Source of the DNA: the human T2T-CHM13v2.0 reference genome, Homo sapiens
Reading direction: 5' to 3' (one strand)
Assembly (NCBI RefSeq): GCF_009914755.1
Contig: NC_060926.1
Length of the DNA stretch: 64,000 bases
Shown: positions 13,449 to 24,703 of the stretch, in pieces
How the letters are laid out: every line of letters starts with the position of its first letter
Numbering within the stretch: position 1 is the first letter of the stretch
Position numbers and translations under genes: made by a program
Notes under the pieces: generated by a model
The model's input: only the letters and a program-made list of their open reading frames with translations
Database searches by the model: none
Told to the model about the DNA's origin: nothing

Positions 13449-14233
13449 GGGTAAAGCTCAACATCACTGATCGTTAGAGAAATGCAATCAAAACCACAGT
13501 GAGATACCATCTCACACCAGTCAGAATGGCAATTATTAAAAAGTCAAGAAACAACAGATGCTGCTAAGGTTGCGGAGAAATAGGAATACTTTTACACTGT
13601 TGGTGGGAATGTAAATTAGTTCAACCACTGTGGAAGGTGGTGTGGTGATTCCCCAAAGATCTAGAGCCAGAAATACCATTTGACCCAGCAATCCCATTAC
13701 TGGCTATATACCCAAAGGAATATAAATCATTCTGTTTCAAAGATACATGCACATATATGTTCATTGCAGCACCACTCACAATAGCAAAGTCATGAAATCA
13801 ACCCAAATGCCCATTAATGATAGGCTGGATAAAGAAAATGTGGTACATATATACCATGGAATACTATGCAGCCATAAAAAGGAACAAGATCACATCCTTT
13901 GCAGGGACATGGATGGAGCTGGAAGCCATTCTCCTCAGCAAGCTAATGGGAATAGAAAACCAAACACTGCATGTTCTCACTTATAAGTGGGAGCTGAACA
14001 GTGAGAAGACATGGACACAGGGAAGGGAATAACACACACTATTGTGTGGGCCTGTTGGGGGTGCAGAGAGGGAGAGCATTAGGAAAAATAGCTAATGCAT
14101 GCTGGGGTTAATACCTAGGTGATGGGTTGATGGGTGCAGCAAACCACCATGGAACATGTTTACCTATGTAACAAACCTGCACATCCTGCACATGCACCCC
14201 AGAACTTAAAATAAAAATTAAAATAAAAAAAAG
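13449..14233 (+). mobile_element. 5'-truncated older L1PA (L1PA11-16 range) with TSD
   Basis: ORF2 C-terminus (WIKKMWYIYTMEYYAAIK), 3' UTR and A tail. TSD aaa(g/a)tgcatttga on both sides. Confidence 0.9.
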
Positions 14234-15299
14234 AAAATGCATTTGACAAAATCCAGCATTTTATCATAGCAAAAAAACTCGATTGGATACTTTTCCCCTA
14301 AAATCAGGAACGAGAAAGTGATGTTCACTCCCACCACTTCTAATTAAACATTTTACTAGAGATTTTGGCCAGGTCTAATTTTCCTGGGGAAAAAAAGGAA
14401 ATAAAAGGCATCCAGATTGTAAGAAAGAGGTAAAACTATCTCTATTCAAAGATGATGTGTTCTTATATGAAGAAAATCTTTAGTAATTTACTAAAAAACT
14501 ATTAGAACTAATAAAATAGTTCAGCAAAGTTGTAGGGACACAAGAACAGTATACAAAAATCATTTGCATTTCTATACATTTGCAATGAACAACCCAAAAA
14601 AGAAATTAAGAGAGCATTTTCATTTATGATAGCCTCAAAAGGAATATAAAACAATTTGAAATGAATTTAATTTAATAATTAATAATTTAAGTTCAAAATG
14701 TGTAATGTGAAACCTATGAAACATAGTTTAAAAATTAAATAAGATCTAAATGAATGGAAGGATATTACATTTTCATGGTTCAACTTAATCCTTTTTATAG
14801 TATCAGTGGGCTTCCTTTCAAAAAAACCTGATAACCTGATCCAAAATTCATATGGAATTGCAAGAGACCCAGAATAGCCAGAACAATCTTGAAAAAGAGT
14901 AACAAAGTTGGAAGGCTCACACTTTCTTATTTCAAAACTTACTACAAAACTAAAATCACTAAGACAGTGTGGTACTGGTATAATAGTAGACCTATAGATC
15001 AATGGAATAGAATCAAGAAGTCCAGAAATGTGAGAAAACGCTCATATTTATGGTCAATTGCTTTTTGATAGGGATATCAAGACAATTAAATGGAGGAAAG
15101 AACGGTTTTCAGCAAATGGCGAGGGTACAATCAGAAATTCACAGGCAAAAGAATGATATTGCACCCATACCTTTTATCGTATGTACAAAAATTAACTAAA
15201 AATACATGAAATACCCAAATGTAGGAGTTCTAACTATATGCTTAGAAAAAAAAAAAACATAGAGATAAATACTTGTGACCTTGGATTGGGTGATAGTTT

Positions 15300-16158
15300 C
15301 TTTTTTGTTGTAGTAAAACATATATAACATTTATCATTTTAACCATCCATAAATGTACAACTTAGTGGCATTAAATACATTATAATGTTGTGTAACAACC
15401 ACTACTATCTTATATATACAAAATGTTTTCATTATCCCCAACAAAAACTCTGTACTCATTAAACAATAACTTCTCTTCAGCCCCCAGCTGTTGTTAACCT
15501 GTATTCTACTTTCTGTCTCTACAAATTTTCCTATTCTAGGTACCTAATAAGTGAAGCAAAACAATATTTTTCTATGTCTGGATTATTTCACTAAGCATAA
15601 TGTTTTCAAAGTCCATTCACATTGTAACATATATCAAAATTCCATTCTTTTCTATGGCTAAATAATATTCCATTAGTATGTTTTTACTACATTTTTTTAT
15701 TCATCTGTTGGTGGACATTTGGATTGTTTCCATCTTTCGGCTATTGCAAATACCATTGCTATGAACACTGGTGTACCAATATCTGTGGAAAACCCTACTC
15801 AAACATCTGTTGAAGTCCCACTTTGGATAAAAGTGGGATTGTTGGGTCATATGGTAGTTCTCTGTTTAATCTTTTGAGAAACTTCCAAACGGTCTTCCAC
15901 AGTGGCTGCACCATTTTATATTGCTACCAGCAGTGCACAAGATTCCAACTTCTCTACTTTCTTGCTAAGACTTTCTTTTTTTCTGATTTTTTTTTAAATC
16001 ACAGCCTCCTTTATCAGTATGGAGTGATACCACATTGTGGTTTAATTTCCATCGACCTAATAGCTAATAATGTTGAGGATCTTTTTATGTGCTTATTGGC
16101 CATTTGTGTATCTTCCTTGGAGATACTCAAAGTTCTTCGCTCAGTTTTGAATTGTTGA
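15300..16158 (-). mobile_element. L1MB 3' end inserted antisense in the host L1
   Basis: aaatgtacaacttagtggcattaaatacattataatgttg...atgttgaggatctttttatgtgcttattggccatttgtgtatc. Confidence 0.85.
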
Positions 16159-16361
16159 GTTCATGATTTTGTAGACATGACACTAAAAGCATAAGCAACA
16201 AAATAAAAGATAGATAAATTGGACTACATCAAAATTTAAAACTTTTGGGTTTCAAAAGACATCATCAAGCAAGTGAAAACAAACCCTACAGAATGAGAGA
16301 AAATATTTGCAAATCATATATCTGATAAGGGACTTGTATCTGGAATATATAAAAAGCTCTA

Positions 16362-16552
16362 AGAACATAACATCACACACTGGGGCCTGTTGGTGGGTGG
16401 GCGGGGGGAAGGGGAGGGATAGAATTAAGAGAAATATCTAATGTAGATGATGGGTTGATGGGTGCAGCAAACCACCATGATAAATGTATACCTATGTAAC
16501 AAACCTGCACATTCTGCACATGTATGTCAGAACTTAAAGTATAATAAAAAAA
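16362..16552 (+). mobile_element. Very short L1PA (L1PA7/8-like) 3' end
   Basis: catcacacactggggcctgttgg...aacctgcacattctgcacatgtatgtcagaacttaaagtataataaaaa, flanked by aagctcta. Confidence 0.9.
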
Positions 16553-16561
16553 GAAGCTCTA

Positions 16562-16651
16562 TCGCAGGGAGCCAAGATCATGCCACTACACTGCAGCCTG
16601 GACGACGATGAAGCGAGACTCTGTCTCGAAAACAAAATAAAACAAAAACAA
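16562..16651 (+). mobile_element. 5'-truncated Alu (3' end of right arm plus tail)
   Basis: gagccaagatcatgccactacactgcagcctgg...agcgagactctgtctc followed by an A-rich tail and the TSD aagaagctcta. Confidence 0.85.
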
Positions 16652-17069
16652 AGAAGCTCTAACAACTCAATAACAAAAGGAAAAATAACCTAATTATAAA
16701 ATGGGGCAAAAATCTAAACAGATGTTTTTCCAAAGTTAATACACAAAAGTCCAGTAAGCAAATAATAACACATTCGACATCACTAGCCATAAGGGAAATG
16801 CAAATCAAAGCCACAGTGAGATACCACACTGACTAGGATTACTAGAATCAAAAACTTCAGAGAAAAACAAGTGTTGGCAAGGATACGGGGAAGTCAGAAA
16901 CCTCATATATTGCTCATGGGAATGGAAAATGGTGCAGCCACTTTGGAACACAGTGTGGCAGTTTCTCAGATGGTAAAATACAGAAGTATCTTACAACCTA
17001 GTGTCCACTCCTAGGTATATGCTTAAGGGAAATGAAAACAGATATCCACTGAAAAACTTGTGCACACAA

Positions 17070-17477
17070 CAGCTCACCTGTACCAAATGCAAATTTTTTC
17101 ACGCTCAGTAGTTTCAAGCATAGCTCAAATAAAGAGATTGTTAGCCATTTAGAGCCTGCCTGCTTTTCAAAGCCCATGAAACTGCATTTAACGTCTGCTA
17201 GTCATAAATAAGTGCCTGTATTAAAAATATCCCAAGCCCCTATGCCTTTCAGAGTTCTTTGATCCTTTTTGCTGCTTAGGGATATCAGCTAGACACACAG
17301 TTTCCTTTATAATTCTGCTTTTCCCAGGAGTTCCCTTGCCCTGCCCCACTTCTGAGTAGTAACCATCACGTTGTAGTACCTGAACAGTCCCCTTGCTGTG
17401 AGGAAACTGTCCAATGCACATACTCGCCTAATAATGTCATTTGTCTAATAAAAACAAAACAAAACAAACAAAAAAAA
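17070..17477 (+). mobile_element. ERVL LTR fragment (MER54/LTR53 group) ending in an A-rich tail
   Basis: gctcacctgtacca, tagccatttagagcctgcctgcttt and ggagttcccttgccc resemble this LTR group. LTR similarity stops shortly after a poly(A)-signal-like aataat, followed by (AAAAC)n. Confidence 0.6.
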
Positions 17478-17482
17478 CCCTT

Positions 17483-17761
17483 GGCCTAGCACGGTGGATT
17501 ACGCCTGTAATCCCAGCACTTTGGGAGGCCGAAGCGGGTGGATCACGAGGTCAGGAGATCAAGACTATACTGGCTAACACCGTGAAACCCCGTCTCTACT
17601 AAAAATACAGAAAAATCAGCCGGGTGTGGTGGCGGGCCCCTGAGGCTGAGGCAGGAGAATGGCGTGAACCCAGGAGGCGGAGCTTGCAGTGAGCCGAGAT
17701 TGCGCCACCGCACTCCAGCCTGGGCGACAGAGCTAGACTCTGACTCAAAAAAAAAAAAAAA
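17483..17761 (+). mobile_element. AluY with a ~20-nt internal deletion in the right arm
   Basis: gatcacgaggtcaggagatc, ggctaacac, gaatggcgtgaaccc, ggagcttgcagtgag. The tgtagtcccagctactc segment is missing. TSD aaaaac(c/a)ctt. Confidence 0.95.
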
Positions 17762-18289
17762 CACTTCCACACAAATGTTTATAGCAGCATTAGTCACGAT
17801 AGCCGAAAGGTAAGAACAACTCAAATGTTCATCAGCTAATGAATGGATTAAAAAAATGCGGTACCAGCATACAATTGAATATTATTCAGCCACAACAAAA
17901 GAATGAAATACTGATACACGCCACAACATGATGAATCTTGAAAAAATTATGCTAAATGAAACATGCCAGTTACAAAGAACCCCACATTGTATGATTCCAT
18001 ATATATAAAATGTCCAAAATTGATAAATCTATGGATAAATAAATAGGTTGTTGCCTAAGGCTGGAGGGAGATGGAGAAAGTAGATGTCTGCTAATGAATA
18101 TAGGGTTTCTTTCTGGGGTGATGTTCTAAAATTGGTTGTGGTGATGATGGTTAGACAACTCTGGATATATACTAAAAAAATTGAATAGTACCCTTTAAAT
18201 GGATGAATTATCTGTCATGTGAATTATGTCTCAGTAAAACCACATTTTAATTCAATAACTACTGTTGATTTAAAAATAACAAAAGAGAA

Positions 18290-18398
18290 GTAAAAGACTT
18301 TTGGGGATAATAGATGCTCCTTATCTTAATAACACATAAAACTGTACACTCTAAATATCTGTAATTTATTGTACATCAGTTACAACTCAATAAAACTC
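18290..18398 (+). mobile_element. L1ME-like 3' end fragment
   Basis: aaaactgtacactctaaatatctgtaatttattgtacatcagttacaactcaataaa. Confidence 0.55.
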
Positions 18399-18451
18399 TG
18401 GAGAGATATGATCATATTTATTATAGAATATTATATAATTATATAATTATA

Positions 18452-18699
18452 TTGTGACCTTGGATTGGGTGATGGTTTCTTTTTTGTTGTGGTAAAACAT
18501 ACATAATATTTGTCATTTTAACCATTCATAAATGTACAATTTAGTGGCATTAAATACATTATAATATTGTGTAACCACCACTACTATCTTATATATACAA
18601 AATGTTTTCATTATCCCCAGCAAAAACTCTGTACTCATTAAACAATAACTTCTCTTTAGCCCCTAGCCGCTGGTAAACTGTATTCTACTTTCTGTCTCT
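18452..18699 (+). repeat. Direct duplicate of 15273-15520
   Basis: Alignable end to end (ttgtgaccttggattgggtgat ... gtattctactttctgtctct). Confidence 0.95.
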
Positions 18700-18953
18700 T
18701 TTTTATTATATAATTTTTATTATATATTAATTATGTAATATATAACTATATAATACTATTTAATATATTATATATTATATAATTATATAATACTATATAA
18801 TATATTAATATAATATAATATGTATTATATTATGTAATATGTTATATATTATATTATCTAATATATTATATTGTATTATATTATATATTATTTTATTTTA
18901 TATTATATAATTATATAATATAGAATAGTTATATAATAACTATTTATTCTATA
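18700..18953. repeat. TA-rich low-complexity tract (TATAA/TATTA-like)
   Basis: Almost pure A/T. A shorter similar tract lies at 18414-18451. Confidence 0.9.
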
Positions 18954-19379
18954 CCCATTTGTATTTCTAAAATTTTCACTATATGTGTTTCTGTGAAATA
19001 AAATATTTTGAAGAAGAGATTATACATAAAAAATAAGGAAACATTTCATCCTCCTTTCCTACAGGTTAAGGGGAGACAATTCTGTTTTTTCCTTTGGGAT
19101 GAAAACAGGATAATAATGTAACTAAAATAAATATTTTCTTACTTATTAGAAAATTAAACAAAAATCTTAAGGATAAGACATGACAAGTGGTATTAAAAAT
19201 GAACAAATATGTTAATATTTTTTATGGGAACACAACAAAGGATGGAATTAATTCTGTTCTGCATTTGGGCAAAGCTCCTGACCCTCAGCCTCAAAGCTTG
19301 ATAAAATGGTAGGGGAGTCTGAGTGACAGGAAAAATAAGTCAAGGTGACAAGGGTACATTGGGTGTGGAAAGGGTGAGT

Positions 19380-19675
19380 AGTTTAGCCAGGCCATAGTAT
19401 ATCGGGGAAAAGGTAAAGTGCTTGGAAGAAAACAGCAAAGGTGCTTTTCAACCAGGTCCTATAGAACTTTCTATGCTATTCTCTTAAGAACCTGGACTCA
19501 CTTCTTGGCATTCTGATCTTTGGAATTCTGTGAGCAGAGGATTTTCTGGATTAAAGTTATGCTTTGGGAGGATTATCAGGGGTTACTTAAGGACATAGAA
19601 ACAACTAGCTCTCATTCATTAATTCATCTATTCATTGTACAAGTATTTGTTCAATGCTTACTATGAGTCAGGTAG
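19380..19675 (-). mobile_element. L2 fragments
   Basis: cattcattaattcatctattcattgtacaagtatttgttcaatgcttactatg (L2 3' end) plus upstream L2-like sequence. Confidence 0.5.
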
Positions 19676-19999
19676 CTCTTATATAAAAACTACTATATTA
19701 TGAAATTTTTATGTATTAATTTGTTTTTCTTAATGCTAAAAGTAATATATGTTGCTATAGACAATTTTGGAAATACGCAGAATTACAAAGAAAAATGACT
19801 CATAATTCTACTGCCTAAAATAAAAACTAAGATTCTGATGTGTGCATATGTGCTTGTGATGTGTAAAGGTATAGGTAGATTATATTGCCGGGCTCATTCT
19901 GTGCACACACACATGTGCACGTACACACACATTCATGTATTCTACTTCATTGACTTAATTTTATATCATAAATTGTTTCTATAATTTCAAAAACAGTTA

Positions 20000-20220
20000 C
20001 TGTTAAAATTTATGGAAGGCTCAATCTGTGACACGCTGTGAGAAGCACTTTTTATGCATCATGTTATTTAATACTTAAAACAAAAGTAAGACATCATTTG
20101 CTTTTAATCTCTTTTCACAGATGAGGACAGTATATTAGTGATCCAGAGAATAGTGGGGAAGGGATATAATCCTAGGAATAACTGGAGAGACTGGGCTCCT
20201 AACAAACAAGTGCAACTGTC
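20000..20220 (-). mobile_element. MIR SINE
   Basis: acacgctgtgagaagcactttttatgcatcatgttatttaat...ttttcacagatgaggac. Confidence 0.55.
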
Positions 20221-20572
20221 TCATCAGCAACACAATTTCAATAACTATATATAACACTTCATTACCTGGATATAACATAAGTTACTTCATTGGCCTCAAA
20301 TTGTTAGCTGATTATACTGTTTCAAATTACTCACTATTGGAAATATTGCTATAGTGACCAACCATGTACATAAATCCATTCTAAGGTCATAGCCAGAGCA
20401 ACAGTTTCTTAGAAAGTTACTAGGTCAAGAAATAGAATTAAAATTTGTGAAGCTTAGTCCAAAAGAAAACTACACTCATTTTTATCTCATAATAACAAGC
20501 CCATCTTAGTACACTCCTATATGAATTGGCATACTCTTTTTTATATAAAAAATTTAATGATGTTTTCTTATC

Positions 20573-20833
20573 TTTTTTGTTTGTTTGTTTTTTAGAGATA
20601 GGGCCTTGCTGTGTGGTCCAGGCTGGAGTGCATTGGCGCAATCACAGCTCACTGCAGCTTTGACCTCCCAGGCTCAATCTATCTTTCCACCTCACCCTTC
20701 TGAGTAGCTGGGACTCCATGCTTAGATAATTTTTTATTTTTATTTTTTGTAGAGAGGGGTTTTGCCATGTTGCCCAGGCTGTTCTCAAACTTTTGGGTTC
20801 AAGCAGTCCTCCTGCCTTAGCCTCCCTAAAGTG
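20573..20833 (-). mobile_element. AluJ, 5'-truncated and internally deleted
   Basis: caggctggagtgcattggcgcaatcacagctcactgcagc. TSD ttttcttatctt. Confidence 0.9.
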
Positions 20834-21379
20834 ATTTTTTTCTTATCTTAAAATGAATGCATTCTCATTTTAGAAAAACAATGGTAAAGTATAAATATGA
20901 ACATGAAATATTCGGCAATTCTATAATCCAGAGTCAACACCTATTAACATTGTGGAGTTCTACTTTTTAGTTGGCATTTATATTTTTGTTTTTTTAAAAT
21001 ATAAAATATAAAAGTATTTCTGTATTTTAGTTTTTCCACATCTCATCCACATTTCTTGTCAGGTTGGTTTCTAACTAAGTTTATTCCTATTTTCTTTTCA
21101 TCTTCTCTTGCCCTTTTGCGCCAGCTCTTTTGTTCTTATCTGATGATTTGAACAAAATCATTTGAAGGTGTCAAAAAAAATTTTCTAATTCATAGATTAG
21201 ATAATTTGGGAAGTAATTTTTTCTTTTGAATGATTTTTTTGTCTAATATTTCTCAAAGGCCCCTTGTTGGTGTATTTATTTCTTTATTTATCCTTAAATG
21301 AGGACAGATGCACACAAATTTGATTTAGTAACAGTCAGAATAGATGAGCTACCCTTCATTCCTCTTTTCTCATTTCTCT

Positions 21380-21495
21380 CTCTTTATTCATTCATTTAAC
21401 AAATACTGAAGTTTTCATGTGCTGAGCTTTATTCTAGTAATAGATAAGCTGTAAATAAAACAGAGTTCCAGATTGCATGGCACTACTTTCTCCTG
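21380..21495 (-). mobile_element. L2 3' end
   Basis: tttattcattcatttaacaaatactg...aaataaaacagagttcc. Confidence 0.6.
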
Positions 21496-22669
21496 GTGCT
21501 GAATGAATCCCCTTCAAGTACAGTGGAGGGCTGGCTGATTTGCTCAGTTTTGAGCTCAATTCCCAACACTTAAAAACATGAAGTTTGGTTTTGCTGAAGC
21601 GGTTTTATGCCACTGCCTCATTCTCCAACATACTTAATCAATGAAATTTGCATACATACAATGATGGTCCTAAAGTTCAGTTCAATCTGGGATCTTGAGT
21701 GCCTATGCCAACTTTCCAGATTTAAACTATGGAGGGCATCCAATGTCCCGGAGGTACTTGCTTCCCTTCTCCCTTTCCATCCCTGTAGGTTTTGGGGGTT
21801 GCAACTGACCATGAGAGTCAACAGTGGAAGAACTCTACCCTGGTCATCTCAGAATCCAACCTTCCACCAAGAGAGGATCAAATGCCAATTTTTAGGCATT
21901 TACAAATGAGGACAGTGTACAACAAATATCTGGTTCAACGAGTAATGAGGAGAAGATACAATCCAGGGATAACTCTAGAGACTGGGCTCCTAACAACCCG
22001 ATGCACCTGCCTCATCAGCAACATGACTTTGGGAGCCATATAGTGCTCCATCATGTGGATTCGTTATAGGGTACTTGATCTGGTCTCAGATGATTGGCTG
22101 ATTATAACTATTTCCAATTATATGCCAATATATCTCATGTCTCATATCGGAGGCAGAGAGCATAATAGAGGAAAATGTTTTCCTTTGGCCTCTTAAGCTA
22201 GAAGGAACTACACTGTGATGAAAAGCTTATAAGTACCTGGCTTTCCTCAGTTCAGCATTGTTGTCTTCAGGTTAATGGGAATCCCTTCAAAGTTATTTTA
22301 AAAGCATATCCATAAGTCTTCATTTTTGTTAGTGATACAACTTTACTTTTTCTGTGTCTTCAGAAGTATTTAAATAGGATTTGGAGAAAAATTTATTGAG
22401 GGGCTGCTTACTGTCAGAAGACGGGGCACTGATACAAATCTACAGTTTTGATAGTCCTTGCAAATTCTTTTTCTTTTAATTGAAATGTGCTTATTTTATT
22501 TTACTCCTCTTATGTCATAATTTTCTGTTAAATATTATATTGCAGAAGTTTCCATTACTCAAATTATTTCAATTGATGGGAGGAAAATTGATTTTTCGTA
22601 GGGATTATGATGTTCAAACATTATATCCAATTAGGAAAAAAACTGAGAGGAAAAGGTAAAAAACAAACC

Positions 22670-22855
22670 ATTTATTTAATACTTCCTTTGGGATGTGTAC
22701 TATTATTGATTCTCATCATTAACCCCATTTTACAGTATATAAACCAAGGGAATAAGTAATTTTTTAAGGGTCACATAACTGGTAAATAATGTAGCCAGAA
22801 TTTGAACCCAGGTCTTATGGATTCTGAAATTCATACTTTTTTCACACACCATGTG
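22670..22855 (-). mobile_element. MIR SINE
   Basis: ccccattttacag...aagggtcacataactggtaaataatgtagccagaatttgaacccaggtct. Confidence 0.75.
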
Positions 22856-23307
22856 GCCCCCTCAAGAATGTAAGAAACAAAAAGAATGGCTTGCATTATC
22901 ACATAATAAACAAAATATTTAAAAGAGGAGTTTTACAGAATGAGAAATTTATGTTCAGTCTTTAGACTTATGAAAACCAAATCAGGATAGAAAAGTTGAG
23001 TCAACATGGGTTTTTGCTAAAAATTACTTAATTGGGCCCCTGCAGTTGGTCAGATTTCCTCAGTGATGATGACCTCATTCTATGGTGGAGGCCAGATTTT
23101 TAGGATAGCTATTCATTTTTCTCATGAAAGCATACTTGGTCCAAGAACCAGGTGAGTAAGCTCTTAAAACTTGCTAATGCATATTTATCTTCTCATTACT
23201 GTCTTACTGTCAAGGGCATTTATGCAAAGGTTGACAATATAATGAAAGGTCAAGGAATGCATAACCCTGGTTCTATACTATGTTCATTTAAGTGATTACT
23301 AAAGGCT

Positions 23308-23338
23308 TGTGTGTGTGCGTGTGTGTGTGCGTGTGTGT
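23308..23338. repeat. (TG)n with CG interruptions
   Basis: Visible directly. Confidence 0.85.
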
Positions 23339-24609
23339 TGTTTTGTTTTATACTTCTATAAGGTAAGTTCTGCTTTCTAGGAGGTTCTGGGTTTTGTCAT
23401 TTGATAATGTCATGGTGGGCAGTTGAGACAACTTACAGAACTTACTGAAAGTGGAGTTTTGTTTGTTTTATTTAAAAAAATACTGAAAGTTCTTCTTACC
23501 AAATCAATGGTAATGTCAAGGATAAAACAACAGCTGTGAGTTTAATGCATAAAATAAAGACTTGAAGACTATACATTCAAAGACAGGATCATTATTTAAG
23601 TGCCAATAAGATTACACGCCGGGACTGAAATAAATAAGCCATCATCAGTGACTTGAGTAGCAAAGTTTGTTTTCTCTGGGAAGAAAGCTTGCTTGCTGCT
23701 GCAGTCCTCCAAAGAGTTTAAAAGAGAATTTTCCAAAAGAAAAAGGTAACATGTTAAGCACCTCCTCATAAAGACATACAGGAAAAAAATAACTTGGGGC
23801 TTCACTTAGAAATAAAGTATATATATTGTCTTAAGTCAGTGCATGTGAAAATATGATTTTGGTTAGATTACTTTTGAGTACCACAAGAGCTGTATAGACA
23901 TGTAAGCAATTGCATTGCCTGCAAATTGGTGCAGGGAAGTAGGTTTGTCCTCCAACATCTGATGATATAATTTAACTTGCAAAGTTTTAGAATAATCTGC
24001 AAGCCAAAGCAAAGAGAGATGGGAAACAAGTCGAATCTTTTAGGAAAGTTTCTTATGTATATAACAAGAAGATTTTGTTTTTATACTTTTTACTAAATTA
24101 TAATTTTTGTCTAAATGCTCTGGTATAGTCTCAGTAAAAATATTGTTGTATATGTTTTGAAAAGATAAATTTCCCTTTGAGGAATACCTATATCGTGGAG
24201 TAGTTTTGAAGTGTGAGGACCTAAGGATTCCTGCTTTGCATTGTTAGCCCAAAGGAATGACAGGATAATGTATGAAAATGTTGATTCATTGATTTTTTCC
24301 CCTCACTCCTATAGAATAATCTTAAAGGGGAAAATGTTCTCCCATTGGATGAGAACTTTCACTAAACATGTCGTTAGGAGAAGCACAGGCTCAAAGCTCC
24401 CCTTTGAGGACAGGGCTAAACATGATTCCCCACCTCTTTTAGCTCCTCCTCAGAACTTTTTGATTTCTAAGAGTTAAAAGACCATTCCACTATTGCGTGC
24501 AATTTCTTTGTGGTCACTGACACTAATTCTGCAATTTTTGATGCTGGTGCTTCTGTTCATTCATGAGCAGGCAGTGACATCCATATCACCATCGTCCCCA
24601 GGTCACCAG

Positions 24610-24703
24610 TGATTATCAGATGTCATCAGTTATAAAATGTATATTCCTTTCAGAAACATTTCAGGTAGAAAAAAAAGTGCATCTTGGAATCAATAAGAGT
24701 ACA
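24610..24703 (-). mobile_element. Old TcMar-Tigger MITE remnant (MamRep434-like)
   Basis: aaaaaagtgcatcttggaatcaataagagtac resembles the TIR. A similar remnant lies near 59328-59402. Confidence 0.4.

Larger units (their letters stand above)
13237..18245 (+). mobile_element. L1MB host element (ORF2 plus 3' UTR) carrying several nested insertions
   Basis: Collinear L1 ORF2 and 3' UTR sequence resumes after each insertion (13237-13448, 14235-15300, 16160-16360, 16651-17069, 17761-18245). Ends gaattatgtctcagtaaaac. Confidence 0.8.

Noticed and set aside
23046-23157. Possible + strand exon ending in CAG|gtgagt
   Set aside because: Good donor but weak acceptor, no clear frame and no partner exons; insufficient evidence.
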